From Aliidiomarina minuta (GTDB lineage Bacteria > Pseudomonadota > Gammaproteobacteria > Enterobacterales > Alteromonadaceae), in assembly GCF_003987145.1 (NCBI RefSeq), contig NZ_PIPL01000004.1, positions 120,503-144,502 on the forward strand: a DNA stretch of 24,000 nt, written 5' to 3'. Of the stretch, positions 1 through 8,765 are shown piece by piece. The stretch's first letter is position 1. Every line of letters starts with the position of its first letter. A model generated the notes under the pieces. The model saw only the letters and a program-made list of their open reading frames with translations, searched no databases and had not been told where the DNA came from. Made by a program: the position numbers and the translations under genes.

Positions 1-174
1 AGCTTTGCTGGCACATACCGTGCCGACGATAGATAAAGCAATACCATAAAGTAAACCAAGAAGGCCAAAACCTGCGGCGGCTTCAAGGTCTATCTCAATA
101 GTTGCTAAAAGGGCTAGAAGCAGGAGAGAAAATAGAACAATACCGATAATGGACATTATTTTAATAGTTTTCAT
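1..174 (-). CDS. Small hydrophobic protein, N-terminal fragment. The gene runs off the left edge of the window.
   Basis: ATG at 174 (complement of CAT 172..174). The frame is open for all 58 codons to position 1: MKTIKIMSIIGIVLFSLLLLALLATIEIDLEAAAGFGLLGLLYGIALSIVGTVCASKA. It lies 3 nt downstream of the DUF805 stop on the same strand. No family recognised. Confidence 0.4.
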   Translation of the reverse strand, partial: MKTIKIMSIIGIVLFSLLLLALLATIEIDLEAAAGFGLLGLLYGIALSIVGTVCASKA

Positions 175-177
175 TGC

Positions 178-549
178 CTATTCACTCGCTAACTTAGGAT
201 CAGAACCATAGTCATTCTCACCTTGAGTGCCGTCTAGCAGCATGAAGATGAAAATTATGATTGAGCCTATTAAAGGGATCAGCATAAGCAAAGCCATCCA
301 GCCACTGCGATTGGTATCATGTAAGCGACGTACCAAAACAGCTAGTGATGGGATAAGTAATGCCAGGAGATAGATAGTGGTAATAAGTCCAATACCTGTT
401 TCAGCATGCAATGTGCCTAACACACCATCAAGAACAATGGCCAATACATAGAAAATTGCGTAAAACAGCGCAAACATCCAATATTCCTTGCGACGAGCGC
501 GGCCTTGGAAGACAGCGTAATTCTGAACCACTTTTAAAAACCACTTCAT
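178..549 (-). CDS. DUF805 family inner-membrane protein (YhaH/YhaI-like)
   Basis: 123 aa. N-terminal FQGRARRKEYWMF signature typical of DUF805, followed by hydrophobic helices. AAGGA Shine-Dalgarno sequence upstream of the ATG at 549. Confidence 0.8.
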   Translation of the reverse strand: MKWFLKVVQNYAVFQGRARRKEYWMFALFYAIFYVLAIVLDGVLGTLHAETGIGLITTIYLLALLIPSLAVLVRRLHDTNRSGWMALLMLIPLIGSIIIFIFMLLDGTQGENDYGSDPKLASE

Positions 550-706
550 ATTATTTCCTTTCTGTTTTTTATAAAATTAACATGAAGCCGGATGAGGCCA
601 TTTGATGGAATTGTCACAGCGCAGCATCCTTGCTTCATTGCCTATCATTTACGATTTCTTTACAAACTGCAACTCATTCGTAAGGAGTTTGTTTGTGGGG
701 GGCTTT

Positions 707-1321
707 TTATTGCGGAAAATTTTGTAGTGTCAGCTCTGCAACTTCTTTTAACTGTTCCGAAGAAGCGCCGTTGGTGGCTTGAATAGCCATTCCCTGAACC
801 ACAGTACCGAGGTAGCGGGATAATACTTTGGCATCCACATCGGCTGGCAGGTCACCTTCTTTTTGAGCTTGAAGAAAACGATTATGCAGGGCTTCCCCGC
901 CTTCACAACGCAGTTCAATCAATGCTTTTTTAACTGAGTCGGACTCTTCGCTACAGGAAAGGGCGCCCTGAACGATGACACAGCCCTGAGGGTGGTCGCT
1001 ATCAGCCATGCTGCAGGCGGCACCATATAATATACGTTCTGCAACTTCATAAGCTGTGGGCTGTTTCAGGGCTGAGTAGAAAAAGGCTCCAGGACGTTCT
1101 TCATAGAGTTTTATAGCTTTTAGAAAAAGCGCTTCTTTGTTACCAAAAGTGGCATATAAGCTGGGTTTATTGATGCCCATCGCCTGGGTCAAATCAGCCA
1201 TAGAGGTGCCTTCGTAACCTTTACGCCAAAAGACATCCAATGCCTGCTCCAATGCGTTATCCACATCAAAAGCGCGGGGGCGGCCGACAGAAATACGACA
1301 CTTCTTTTTGCAAACCGACAT
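707..1321 (-). CDS. TetR/AcrR family transcriptional repressor, divergent from the RND efflux operon
   Basis: 204 aa. N-terminal helix-turn-helix region GRPRAFDVDNALEQALDVFWRKGYEGTSMADLTQAMGINKPSLYATFGNKEALF is a classic TetR_N signature. Position is divergent to an efflux operon. Confidence 0.9.
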   Translation of the reverse strand: MSVCKKKCRISVGRPRAFDVDNALEQALDVFWRKGYEGTSMADLTQAMGINKPSLYATFGNKEALFLKAIKLYEERPGAFFYSALKQPTAYEVAERILYGAACSMADSDHPQGCVIVQGALSCSEESDSVKKALIELRCEGGEALHNRFLQAQKEGDLPADVDAKVLSRYLGTVVQGMAIQATNGASSEQLKEVAELTLQNFPQ

Positions 1322-1389
1322 ATAAATGCTCCTGGAAAATACTCTGTTACATTTTAAGGAGTCGATGGTGGTTTGTCCATCAAAGTTGC

Positions 1390-1410
1390 TTACCGACTAG
1401 TACATAATGC
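1390..1410. promoter_or_regulatory. Operator-like repeat, copy 3 (TTACCGACTAGTACATAATGC), proximal to the TetR gene
   Basis: Shares TTACCG-N3-(A/G)GTACA-AAT with the two copies at 1501 and 1551. Its TACC-N5-GTA inverted core is imperfect. Confidence 0.35.
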
Positions 1411-1500
1411 TTACTTATAGCCTGTTCCTGGAGTGTTTGCACGACTTCGCGGATAGTTGATTTGCTTTTGTGTATCGGCTTACTGCATCATAGACATTAA

Positions 1501-1522
1501 TTACCACTTGGTACAAAATTAT
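1501..1522. promoter_or_regulatory. Operator-like repeat, copy 1 (TTACCACTTGGTACAAAATTAT), abutting the -35 element
   Basis: Near-identical to 1551..1572, exactly 50 nt away. Contains the inverted core TACC-N4-GGTA. Confidence 0.45.
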
Positions 1523-1523
1523 C

Positions 1524-1551
1524 TTGACAGTCTCTTTGTGTCGTATATATT
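1524..1551 (+). promoter_or_regulatory. Putative sigma70 promoter of the RND efflux operon
   Basis: TTGACA at 1524..1529, a 16-nt spacer, then TATATT at 1546..1551. It lies about 70 nt upstream of the adaptor gene's ATG (1621), which has a TAAGGA Shine-Dalgarno sequence at 1609..1614. Confidence 0.4.
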
Positions 1552-1572
1552 TACCGTTTGGTACAAAATTAA
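1551..1572. promoter_or_regulatory. Operator-like repeat, copy 2 (TTACCGTTTGGTACAAAATTAA), abutting the -10 element
   Basis: Direct repeat of 1501..1522 with the inverted core TACC-N4-GGTA. Its position immediately downstream of the -10 fits repression by steric blockade. Confidence 0.45.
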
Positions 1573-1620
1573 TCGGCAGGTGTTCACGTTAAAACGGTGG
1601 GCACACATTAAGGACTTGTC

Positions 1621-2877
1621 ATGGGTAAACACAATTTGGTTATAAAATTTTTAACTGCGGGCGTCGCTGCGCTGATAATGACGGCATGTGGCAGTCCACA
1701 GATGGAGGCGTCAACAGAGCAACCGCTGCCTCAGGTTAAGGTTGCTTCAGTGATTCATGAGCGGGTGACCGAGTGGGATGAATTCACTGGGCGCTTGCAG
1801 GCTCCTGAGACGGTAACTCTGGTACCACGGGTTTCTGGTTATATTCAACGGCGGCATTTTGTGGAAGGTGCGCTAGTCAGTAAAGGCGATTTACTTCTGG
1901 AGATTGACGCAGCGCCTTTTGCAGCAGAAGTCGCCCGCATCAGCGCTGAACTGGAAAGCGCGCAAAGTGCCAGCAAACTTGCGCAGAATGAATACCAAAG
2001 AGCGGAAAGCCTGCGTGCGCAACGAGCGGTGTCTGATGAAATTCTGGAAACTCGTCTGGCACAAAAACAACAGGCTCAGGCCAGGGTTGCTGCTACGCAA
2101 GCGGCCTTGCAACGAGCTGAGCTGGATCTGAGTTATACCCGAATTAAGGCTCCTATGGATGGCCGCATATCCTATGCACAGGTGACCGCTGGCAACTACG
2201 TAACGGCGGGACAGACACTGCTTACCAGCCTGGTTTCCACGCAAAAAATGCATGCCTACTTTGATATTGATGAACACAGCTACCTGAAATACGCTCAGCT
2301 TGCCTCGCAAGGCAAACGCGCTGATACCCGCAGTGAGCAGCAGCATAGCAATCCCGTGTTTATGGCGTTGATGACGGATACTGATTATCACCATCTGGGG
2401 CGTATCGACTTTGTTGATAACAGAGTCAACCAACAAACCGGCACCATACGCCTGCGTGCGGTTTTTGAAAATGATGACGATCTGCTGTTACCTGGGCTTT
2501 TTGCCCGCATTAAGCTGGCTGGCAGTGCTTCCCGTGAGGCGATATTAATTGATGATAAAGCGATAGGCACCGATCTCAGCAATAAATTTGTATTCGTGTT
2601 GAATGGCGACAATGAACTGGAATACCGCAGGGTGACTTTGGGCAATAAAGTCGGTGGGCTGCGCATTATTGATGAGGGATTGGAGGCAGGCGATGCCATT
2701 GTGGTCAATGGCCTGCAACGGGTTCAGCCAAATATGATGGTGCAGCCGGACTGGAACGAGATGGCCACTGAGCAACAGTTAGATGGTCTGCGCATGACGC
2801 AGGAATTATTAGACACTGGCAGCCGCAGACTTACTGCCCGGATTGAATATGACAACGCATATTCAGCAGATCGTTAA
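1621..2877 (+). CDS. RND efflux periplasmic adaptor subunit (membrane fusion protein, lipoprotein)
   Basis: 418 aa. Lipobox LIMTAC|G near the N-terminus. Coiled-coil hairpin region (AELESAQSA...QAALQRAELDLSYTRIKAPMDGRI) and a beta-barrel/MP domain typical of the AcrA/MexA family. Confidence 0.9.
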   Translation: MGKHNLVIKFLTAGVAALIMTACGSPQMEASTEQPLPQVKVASVIHERVTEWDEFTGRLQAPETVTLVPRVSGYIQRRHFVEGALVSKGDLLLEIDAAPFAAEVARISAELESAQSASKLAQNEYQRAESLRAQRAVSDEILETRLAQKQQAQARVAATQAALQRAELDLSYTRIKAPMDGRISYAQVTAGNYVTAGQTLLTSLVSTQKMHAYFDIDEHSYLKYAQLASQGKRADTRSEQQHSNPVFMALMTDTDYHHLGRIDFVDNRVNQQTGTIRLRAVFENDDDLLLPGLFARIKLAGSASREAILIDDKAIGTDLSNKFVFVLNGDNELEYRRVTLGNKVGGLRIIDEGLEAGDAIVVNGLQRVQPNMMVQPDWNEMATEQQLDGLRMTQELLDTGSRRLTARIEYDNAYSADR

Positions 2878-2889
2878 TAGGGGCCTTGT

Positions 2890-5800
2890 ATGTTTTCTCA
2901 GTTTTTCATTACCCGGCCTATTTTCGCTGCGGTTATCTCACTTATTTTCTTTATAACGGGCGCTATCGCAGTCTGGCAGTTGCCTATTACCGAATATCCG
3001 GATGTAGTGCCACCCACGGTGGTGGTGACCGCAAATTATCCTGGGGCTAACCCTCGGGTCATTGCAGAAACAGTAGCTTCTCCGTTGGAGCAGGCTATTA
3101 ACGGTGTGGAAGACATGTTGTACATGTCTTCTCAGGCGACTTCAGATGGGCGCATGACGTTAACGGTTACTTTTGCCATAGGCACTGATGTGGATCGTGC
3201 GCAGAATGAGGTGCAAAGCCGGGTCGACAGGGCAACACCCCGTCTGCCGGAAGAAGTGCAGCGGCTGGGTATTATTACGCAAAAGTCGTCACCGGATTTG
3301 ACGATGGTGGTGCATTTAACATCGCCCGATGATCGCTATGACATGCTCTACCTGTCGAATTATGCTGCTTTGAATGTGAAAGATGAATTGTCCCGTATTG
3401 AGGGCGTGGGCAATGTTGAGCTCTTTGGTGCAGGTGAATACAGCTTACGTGTGTGGCTTGATCCTAATCGTATGGCGGCTTTAAATTTGTCGACCCAGCA
3501 GGTGATTGCCGCCATTCGTGAGCAAAACCAACAGGCCGCGGCCGGCAGTTTAGGTGCGCAGCCGAGTGGCTCTGCAGACTTTCAGCTGCTGATTAATGTC
3601 AAAGGTCGCCTGGAGACAGTAGAAGAGTTTGAAGACATTATTATTGATGTTGGCCCGGCAGGTGAAATCAGCCGCCTGAAAGATGTTGCCCGCATTGAAC
3701 TGGGCGCTTCTACCTATGCTTTACGCTCTTTGCTGGATAATAAAGAAGCCGTGGCCATGCCGATTTTCCAAGCTTCAGGTTCTAACGCTATTCAGATTTC
3801 TAATGATGTGCGTGCACGGATGGGTGAGTTGTCAGAAGATTTTCCGGCGGGGCTGGATTACTCCATTGTATATGACCCTACGGTCTTTGTGCGGGGGTCG
3901 ATAGAAGCGGTTATTAAAACCTTGTTGGAAGCCGTCCTACTGGTAGTGCTGGTTGTGGTGTTATTTCTGCAGACCTGGCGTGCTTCTATTATTCCTCTGG
4001 TTGCGGTGCCCGTTTCTCTGGTTGGCACTTTCGCCATCATGCACTTACTGGGTTTTTCGTTAAACGCGCTATCGTTATTTGGTTTGGTGCTCGCTATTGG
4101 TATCGTGGTGGATGATGCCATTGTGGTGGTTGAAAACGTGGAGCGTAATATTCGGGAAGGGCTGGCGCCCGTTGCGGCCACTCGTAAAGCCATGAAAGAA
4201 GTAACAGGCCCTATAGTGGCGACTACCTTAGTGCTGGCCGCGGTGTTTATTCCAACCGCTTTTATGAGTGGGTTAACCGGCCAGTTTTATAAACAGTTTG
4301 CATTGACTATCACTATCGCCACCTTCATTTCAGCCATCAATTCTTTGACCTTAAGTCCGGCGTTGTCGGCATTGTTACTGAAAAGCCCTGATGCGAAAAA
4401 AGACTGGCTGACACGAGCTCTCGACCGGGTATTCGGCCGCTGGTTGTTTGCGCCTTTTAATCGCTTTTTTAGTAGTTTATCAAATGGCTATGGCTGGCTG
4501 GTGAAAAAAGTCATTCGTTTTGGTGTTGTGGTGGGTGTGCTTTATGTGGCGCTGGTGGGTGTAGCCGGGCTGCAGTTAATATCAACACCGACCGGTTATG
4601 TGCCAGAACAGGATAAGCAGTACCTGATAGCTTTTGCACAGTTGCCGGATGCTTCTTCACTGGAGCGCACCGATGCTGTAATCCGGGAAATGTCAGAAAT
4701 TGCCCTGCAGCATCCTAGCGTTGAGACTTCTGTTGCTTTTCCAGGTTTGAGTATTAATGGCTTTACTAATAGCCCCAGCAGCGGCATTGTTTTTGTTGGT
4801 TTAAGTGACTTTGATCAGCGCACTGCGCCTGAATTGTCAGCCGCAGCCATTGCCGGTGAACTGAATGCTGCTTTTAGTGGCATTGATTCGGCATTTGTAG
4901 CTATTTTCCCACCGCCACCGGTGATGGGATTGGGCACCATTGGTGGATTCCGGCTGCAGTTGCAGGATCGCGCGAATCTCGGTTACGAAGAACTCTACCG
5001 GGTGACCTCTGAAGTGATACAAAAAGCCTGGGCAACTCCAGAGCTGGCAGGTGTTTTTTCCAGTTATCAGGTGAACGTGCCTCAGTTGGATCTGAATATT
5101 GACCGCACCAAAGCCAAACAGCAGGGAGTATCGCTGAACGAGATCTTTCAGACACTGCAGGCTTATATGGGCTCTGTGTATGTGAATGATTTTAATCAGT
5201 TTGGTCGTACCTATCAGGTCAATATCCAGGCGGACGAGCCCTTTAGGCAGGATCTGAATCAGATACGTCAGATGAGAGTGCAAAACCAATGGGGAGATAT
5301 GGTGCCGCTGGGGTCTTTTATTGATATTCAGCACAGCACAGGCCCTGATCGGGTGATGCGTTATAACGGTTTCACCACCGCAGAGATTAACGGTGGGCCT
5401 GCACCAGGATTCAGTAGTGGTCAGGCGGAAGCGGCCATAGAGCGCATTTTGCTGGAGACGCTACCAAATGGTGTGACTTATGAGTGGACAGAACTGAGTT
5501 ATCAGCAAATTCTGGCAGGTAACGCTGGGCTACTTATTTACCCGCTGGTTATTTTGCTGGTCTTCATGGTACTGGCGGCTCAGTATGAGAGCCTTAGTTT
5601 GCCCCTGGCGATTATTCTGATTATTCCGATGACTTTATTGTCGGCGATGAGCGGCGTGCTCCTCTATGGCGGAGATAATAATATCTTCACTCAGATAGGC
5701 TTGATAGTGCTTGTTGGTTTAGCCACTAAGAACGCTATTTTGATCGTTGAATTTGCTAAAAGCCTGCAGGATCAGGGCATGCAGGTTATGGATGCGATTT

Positions 5801-6063
5801 TGCAGGCGACCCGGCTTCGTTTGCGGCCCATACTGATGACCTCCTTTGCCTTCATTATGGGGGTAGTGCCTATGGTGTTCTCCACAGGGGCAGGTGCAGA
5901 AATGCGCCAGGCCATTGGTGTGGCTGTGTTCTCGGGCATGATCGGGGTTACTGTTTTTGGCTTAATACTGACGCCATTGTTCTATTACATGCTGGCAGTC
6001 CGGGCGGATAAAAAGCCTGAAGCTGAGCAGGGTACTTTGTTACAGGAGAAGCCGCATGCGTAA
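2890..6063 (+). CDS. RND multidrug efflux permease (HAE1 family, AcrB/MexB-like)
   Basis: 1057 aa. Starts MFSQFFITRPIFAAVISL...ITEYPDVVPPTVVVTANYPGA. Has 12-TM architecture with two large periplasmic loops and the conserved GIVVDDAIVVVENVER segment. Confidence 0.95.
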   Translation: MFSQFFITRPIFAAVISLIFFITGAIAVWQLPITEYPDVVPPTVVVTANYPGANPRVIAETVASPLEQAINGVEDMLYMSSQATSDGRMTLTVTFAIGTDVDRAQNEVQSRVDRATPRLPEEVQRLGIITQKSSPDLTMVVHLTSPDDRYDMLYLSNYAALNVKDELSRIEGVGNVELFGAGEYSLRVWLDPNRMAALNLSTQQVIAAIREQNQQAAAGSLGAQPSGSADFQLLINVKGRLETVEEFEDIIIDVGPAGEISRLKDVARIELGASTYALRSLLDNKEAVAMPIFQASGSNAIQISNDVRARMGELSEDFPAGLDYSIVYDPTVFVRGSIEAVIKTLLEAVLLVVLVVVLFLQTWRASIIPLVAVPVSLVGTFAIMHLLGFSLNALSLFGLVLAIGIVVDDAIVVVENVERNIREGLAPVAATRKAMKEVTGPIVATTLVLAAVFIPTAFMSGLTGQFYKQFALTITIATFISAINSLTLSPALSALLLKSPDAKKDWLTRALDRVFGRWLFAPFNRFFSSLSNGYGWLVKKVIRFGVVVGVLYVALVGVAGLQLISTPTGYVPEQDKQYLIAFAQLPDASSLERTDAVIREMSEIALQHPSVETSVAFPGLSINGFTNSPSSGIVFVGLSDFDQRTAPELSAAAIAGELNAAFSGIDSAFVAIFPPPPVMGLGTIGGFRLQLQDRANLGYEELYRVTSEVIQKAWATPELAGVFSSYQVNVPQLDLNIDRTKAKQQGVSLNEIFQTLQAYMGSVYVNDFNQFGRTYQVNIQADEPFRQDLNQIRQMRVQNQWGDMVPLGSFIDIQHSTGPDRVMRYNGFTTAEINGGPAPGFSSGQAEAAIERILLETLPNGVTYEWTELSYQQILAGNAGLLIYPLVILLVFMVLAAQYESLSLPLAIILIIPMTLLSAMSGVLLYGGDNNIFTQIGLIVLVGLATKNAILIVEFAKSLQDQGMQVMDAILQATRLRLRPILMTSFAFIMGVVPMVFSTGAGAEMRQAIGVAVFSGMIGVTVFGLILTPLFYYMLAVRADKKPEAEQGTLLQEKPHA

Positions 6064-7432
6064 TTTTAAAGCCGCAGGGCTGCTATTTTCACTGCTGTCT
6101 TTAACTGCCTGTGCGACGGTTGGGCCTGACTATGCACAACCAGAGCAGGTTGCTGATATTGATTTCAGCAGTCCTTATGAACAGCCGCAGGACGTTTTAA
6201 AGTGGTGGCAGGCGTTTGCAGATCCCCACCTTGATGCATTAATAGATATCACCTTGCAGAACAATCGCACATTGGCCAGTGCAAGCGCCAATGTAGAGCG
6301 TGCCTATGCGGTTTTCACTGATGTGGATAACGACTTCATGCCCGATCTGGGTCTGGAAACCGGTTATCAGGCAAACCGTAATGCTCTTTTTGCAGGCGGA
6401 GATCAGGTACTACGCGGTTACCAGAGTGGGGCGCGTTTGAGCTGGGACCTGGATCTGACTGGCAAATTACGACGGGCAAGTGAAGCGGCGGCTGCACAGG
6501 CTGACTATGCAGAAATTCTGTGGCACGACGCGCAACTGCAACTAGTCAGTCAGGTAGCCACCAGTTACGGTGAATACCGCGGTGCCCAACTGCGCTTACT
6601 GGTAGCACAGGAGAACCTGCAAAACCTGCGTCAGAGTCAGGACATTATTATTGCCCGTTATGAAGCGGGCATGGCTTCTGAACTGGAAAAAGCTCGTTTT
6701 GCAGCCCAGGTACATGAAGTCGAAGCGCTGGTGCCTGATTTTGAACTGGCCTTGCTGACGGCTGAGCTCACCTTATCGGCACTGTCCGGTCAACGCCCTG
6801 AGCAACTTGAACTGGGTGAAGTTGCCATGCTTCCGGGGCTACAGGGGCCCGTGGCCATCGCAAATGGTGAGAACTATTTGCGCTATCGTGCGGATGTGGC
6901 CAGTGCCGAACGTTTGCTAGCGGCGCGTACCGCAGAAATTGGTGTTGTCACTGCAGACTTATACCCCAATTTATCGCTGAATGGTTTTCTGGGGTTTGCC
7001 TCCACTCCGGGCCTGTCTTTGGGCTCGGAGCAGCGCAGTTGGGCGGTAGCTCCTACGCTCAGCTGGCAGGTTGCGGAACTGAGTTCGGTGCGCAGCCGCA
7101 TACAGGCCGCTAATGCCAGTCAGCGCATGGCATTGGCTGAATTTGAGCAAAGTGTATTTGATGCGATTGCGGATATGCAGTTGTCGTTGCACAGTTATAA
7201 TCTCAGTCGCCAGCAACAGTTAGCTCTGGAACAGCAATGGAGTGCAGGCAATAATGCAGTGTCTCTGGCGCGAGCCCGTTATCAGGCAGGAGGTGCTGAG
7301 TTTCTGGAATTACTGGAGTCAGAACGGGAGCTGTTACGCAGCAGCGATCGCCTGGCTCAGGTGGAGCAGCAAAACTTCGCTCGCTTGATTGATATATATA
7401 GAAGCTTTGGTGGGGGCATCAAATTACTATGA
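6056..7432 (+). CDS. Efflux outer-membrane factor lipoprotein (NodT/OprM family)
   Basis: 458 aa. Lipobox LSLTAC|A followed by VGPDY. Duplicated OEP repeats. Its start overlaps the pump gene by 8 nt. Confidence 0.9.
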   Translation: MRNFKAAGLLFSLLSLTACATVGPDYAQPEQVADIDFSSPYEQPQDVLKWWQAFADPHLDALIDITLQNNRTLASASANVERAYAVFTDVDNDFMPDLGLETGYQANRNALFAGGDQVLRGYQSGARLSWDLDLTGKLRRASEAAAAQADYAEILWHDAQLQLVSQVATSYGEYRGAQLRLLVAQENLQNLRQSQDIIIARYEAGMASELEKARFAAQVHEVEALVPDFELALLTAELTLSALSGQRPEQLELGEVAMLPGLQGPVAIANGENYLRYRADVASAERLLAARTAEIGVVTADLYPNLSLNGFLGFASTPGLSLGSEQRSWAVAPTLSWQVAELSSVRSRIQAANASQRMALAEFEQSVFDAIADMQLSLHSYNLSRQQQLALEQQWSAGNNAVSLARARYQAGGAEFLELLESERELLRSSDRLAQVEQQNFARLIDIYRSFGGGIKLL

Positions 7433-7456
7433 ATATTCGGTATATCTAGGTACGTG

Positions 7457-8119
7457 CTATTGAATGTCAGCTTCGCGAGCATGCACCCGAATCGAACGAT
7501 AGGCGGCGGTAGCGGATGAGTTGCTGTTGTCGCAGTCGGTCATGATGGCGATGGCGTTTATTTTATCCGGGGCTTCGCCGTGAAAGTTGATGAAGTCTTC
7601 TTTCATGTCCCGGGTTTCGGTGTGCCATTCACCGTCTTCGGGAACTCCCTGACGTTGCGCTATCATGTGTGCCTGGCTGGCGAAGGGGTTGGGCCAGTCC
7701 TGGCCAACTGGGGTATGTTGGGTCCAGACGTAGTTCAGCGCGCGGGTGCGCCAGCGTAATATAGAGTGTTCGCGCAGCACATAAATACGGGCGGCGAAGT
7801 CGTCGCCGCGTTTTTGTTGTTCATCATCAGTGTCCGGAAATTGAGTGATGCGCCACTCCCAGCTGATCATGGGGGTCTCGTCTAAATCAATGTCACCACG
7901 GTAAAATAACCCTGAGGCCTGTCCGTCCTGGCACTGGGCTAGCACATGGGCTGGCTCGCGGTCACCGAACTGCTCATCAACCAATAGATATTGAGTGTGA
8001 CCTTCAAAAGAATGGGAGTCCCATTTTATGATGTCTTCGGCCTGCCAGTTCAGGCTGGCCTGCGCACTGCCAACAGCAGCAGCCATTGACAGTAATATCC
8101 AGTGATACGATTTTTTCAT
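7457..8119 (-). CDS. Secreted DUF3047 domain protein
   Basis: 220 aa with a signal peptide (MKKSYHWILLSMAAAVGSAQA). GDDFAARIYV, LNYVWT...PNPF and AIAIMTDCDNSNS blocks match my recollection of the DUF3047 consensus. Confidence 0.65.
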   Translation of the reverse strand: MKKSYHWILLSMAAAVGSAQASLNWQAEDIIKWDSHSFEGHTQYLLVDEQFGDREPAHVLAQCQDGQASGLFYRGDIDLDETPMISWEWRITQFPDTDDEQQKRGDDFAARIYVLREHSILRWRTRALNYVWTQHTPVGQDWPNPFASQAHMIAQRQGVPEDGEWHTETRDMKEDFINFHGEAPDKINAIAIMTDCDNSNSSATAAYRSIRVHAREADIQ

Positions 8120-8147
8120 TCGGCTGTGCCCTTTATATGTATGGCTG

Positions 8148-8190
8148 CTGGCATTCCTATCGCTCTTGACCAGAGCAACTGGAATGCCAG
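8148..8190 (-). terminator. Long hairpin downstream of the six-gene operon; possible terminator lacking a U-tract
   Basis: CTGGCATTCC (8148..8157) pairs perfectly with GGAATGCCAG (8181..8190). An inner GCTCT/AGAGC stem lies between them. There is no clear T-run on the minus strand, so the terminator call is weak. Confidence 0.3.
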
Positions 8191-8220
8191 TTTAGTCAGA
8201 GTTCAGAATAAAGCATGCGC

Positions 8221-8763
8221 TTATTTGAACTGCTCGTCGACAGGCGTTTGCGCCATGTAATTAGTGTAATTGCTCAGGGTTTTCTGGCCTATGACTAAAA
8301 TCACTTCGAGCACTTGCTGCTGCTTGTAGCCGGCGTCATAGAATTGTTTTACTGCGGACTCATCAACTTTGCCCTGTTGTTTAATCATGGCCTTGGTAAA
8401 CTGACGTAAGCCCTCGAGTTTGTCGTCCTCAAGTTTCTTATCATTCAGAATAGCCTGATTAAGCTCATCAGATACGCCCATTTGCTTGGCAATGGCGCTA
8501 TGCGCTGGCTGGCAATAATGACAGTTATTTACAACATTCACGGTTTGCCAGACCACGGTCAGTTCTTCTTTGTTGAGGCTGGTTTTATTGGCCAGATTAT
8601 CCAGCGTAAGATAAGCCTCGAGTAGCTGAGGCGCTTCGGCCATGACGCCATATAAATTAGGAATGAAGCCAGCGGCCTGTTCCGCTTTTTCCAGTAAGCC
8701 CTTGCTGCCTTGTGGGGCACTGTCTTTTGTGTGGATATTAAAATCAGTCATATTGTACTCCAT
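8221..8763 (-). CDS. Carboxymuconolactone decarboxylase (CMD)/AhpD-like family protein with a CxxC motif
   Basis: 180 aa. NCHYCQPAHS is the AhpD-like CxxC...H signature. An alternative start at 8751 (MTDFNIH) has a better GGAG Shine-Dalgarno sequence. The listed start is 2 nt after the upstream stop. Confidence 0.8.
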   Translation of the reverse strand: MEYNMTDFNIHTKDSAPQGSKGLLEKAEQAAGFIPNLYGVMAEAPQLLEAYLTLDNLANKTSLNKEELTVVWQTVNVVNNCHYCQPAHSAIAKQMGVSDELNQAILNDKKLEDDKLEGLRQFTKAMIKQQGKVDESAVKQFYDAGYKQQQVLEVILVIGQKTLSNYTNYMAQTPVDEQFK

Positions 8764-8765
8764 CG

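Noticed and set aside
690-706. A G6 run followed by T5 (GTGGGGGGCTTTTTA), considered as a rho-independent terminator for the TetR gene.
   Set aside because: I could find no complementary C-rich arm to form a stem. In addition, the T-run is on the plus strand while the upstream gene is on the minus strand.
1457-1645. A 62 aa plus-strand ORF in the TetR/RND intergenic region.
   Set aside because: It spans the predicted promoter and operator repeats and overlaps the adaptor gene start. It has no Shine-Dalgarno sequence and its composition is Ile/Tyr/Phe-rich, reflecting AT-rich regulatory DNA.
1891-2436. A 181 aa minus-strand ORF, plus many similar track ORFs: 1904..2131, 2388..2708, 2545..2775, 3683..3904, 3858..4193, 4596..4787, 4837..5334, 4901..5155, 6883..7101 and 6971..7216.
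   Set aside because: All lie wholly inside, and antisense to or out of frame with, the strongly supported RND adaptor, pump and outer-membrane factor genes. Their translations are low-complexity or Arg/Ser-rich with no motifs. They are typical shadow ORFs.
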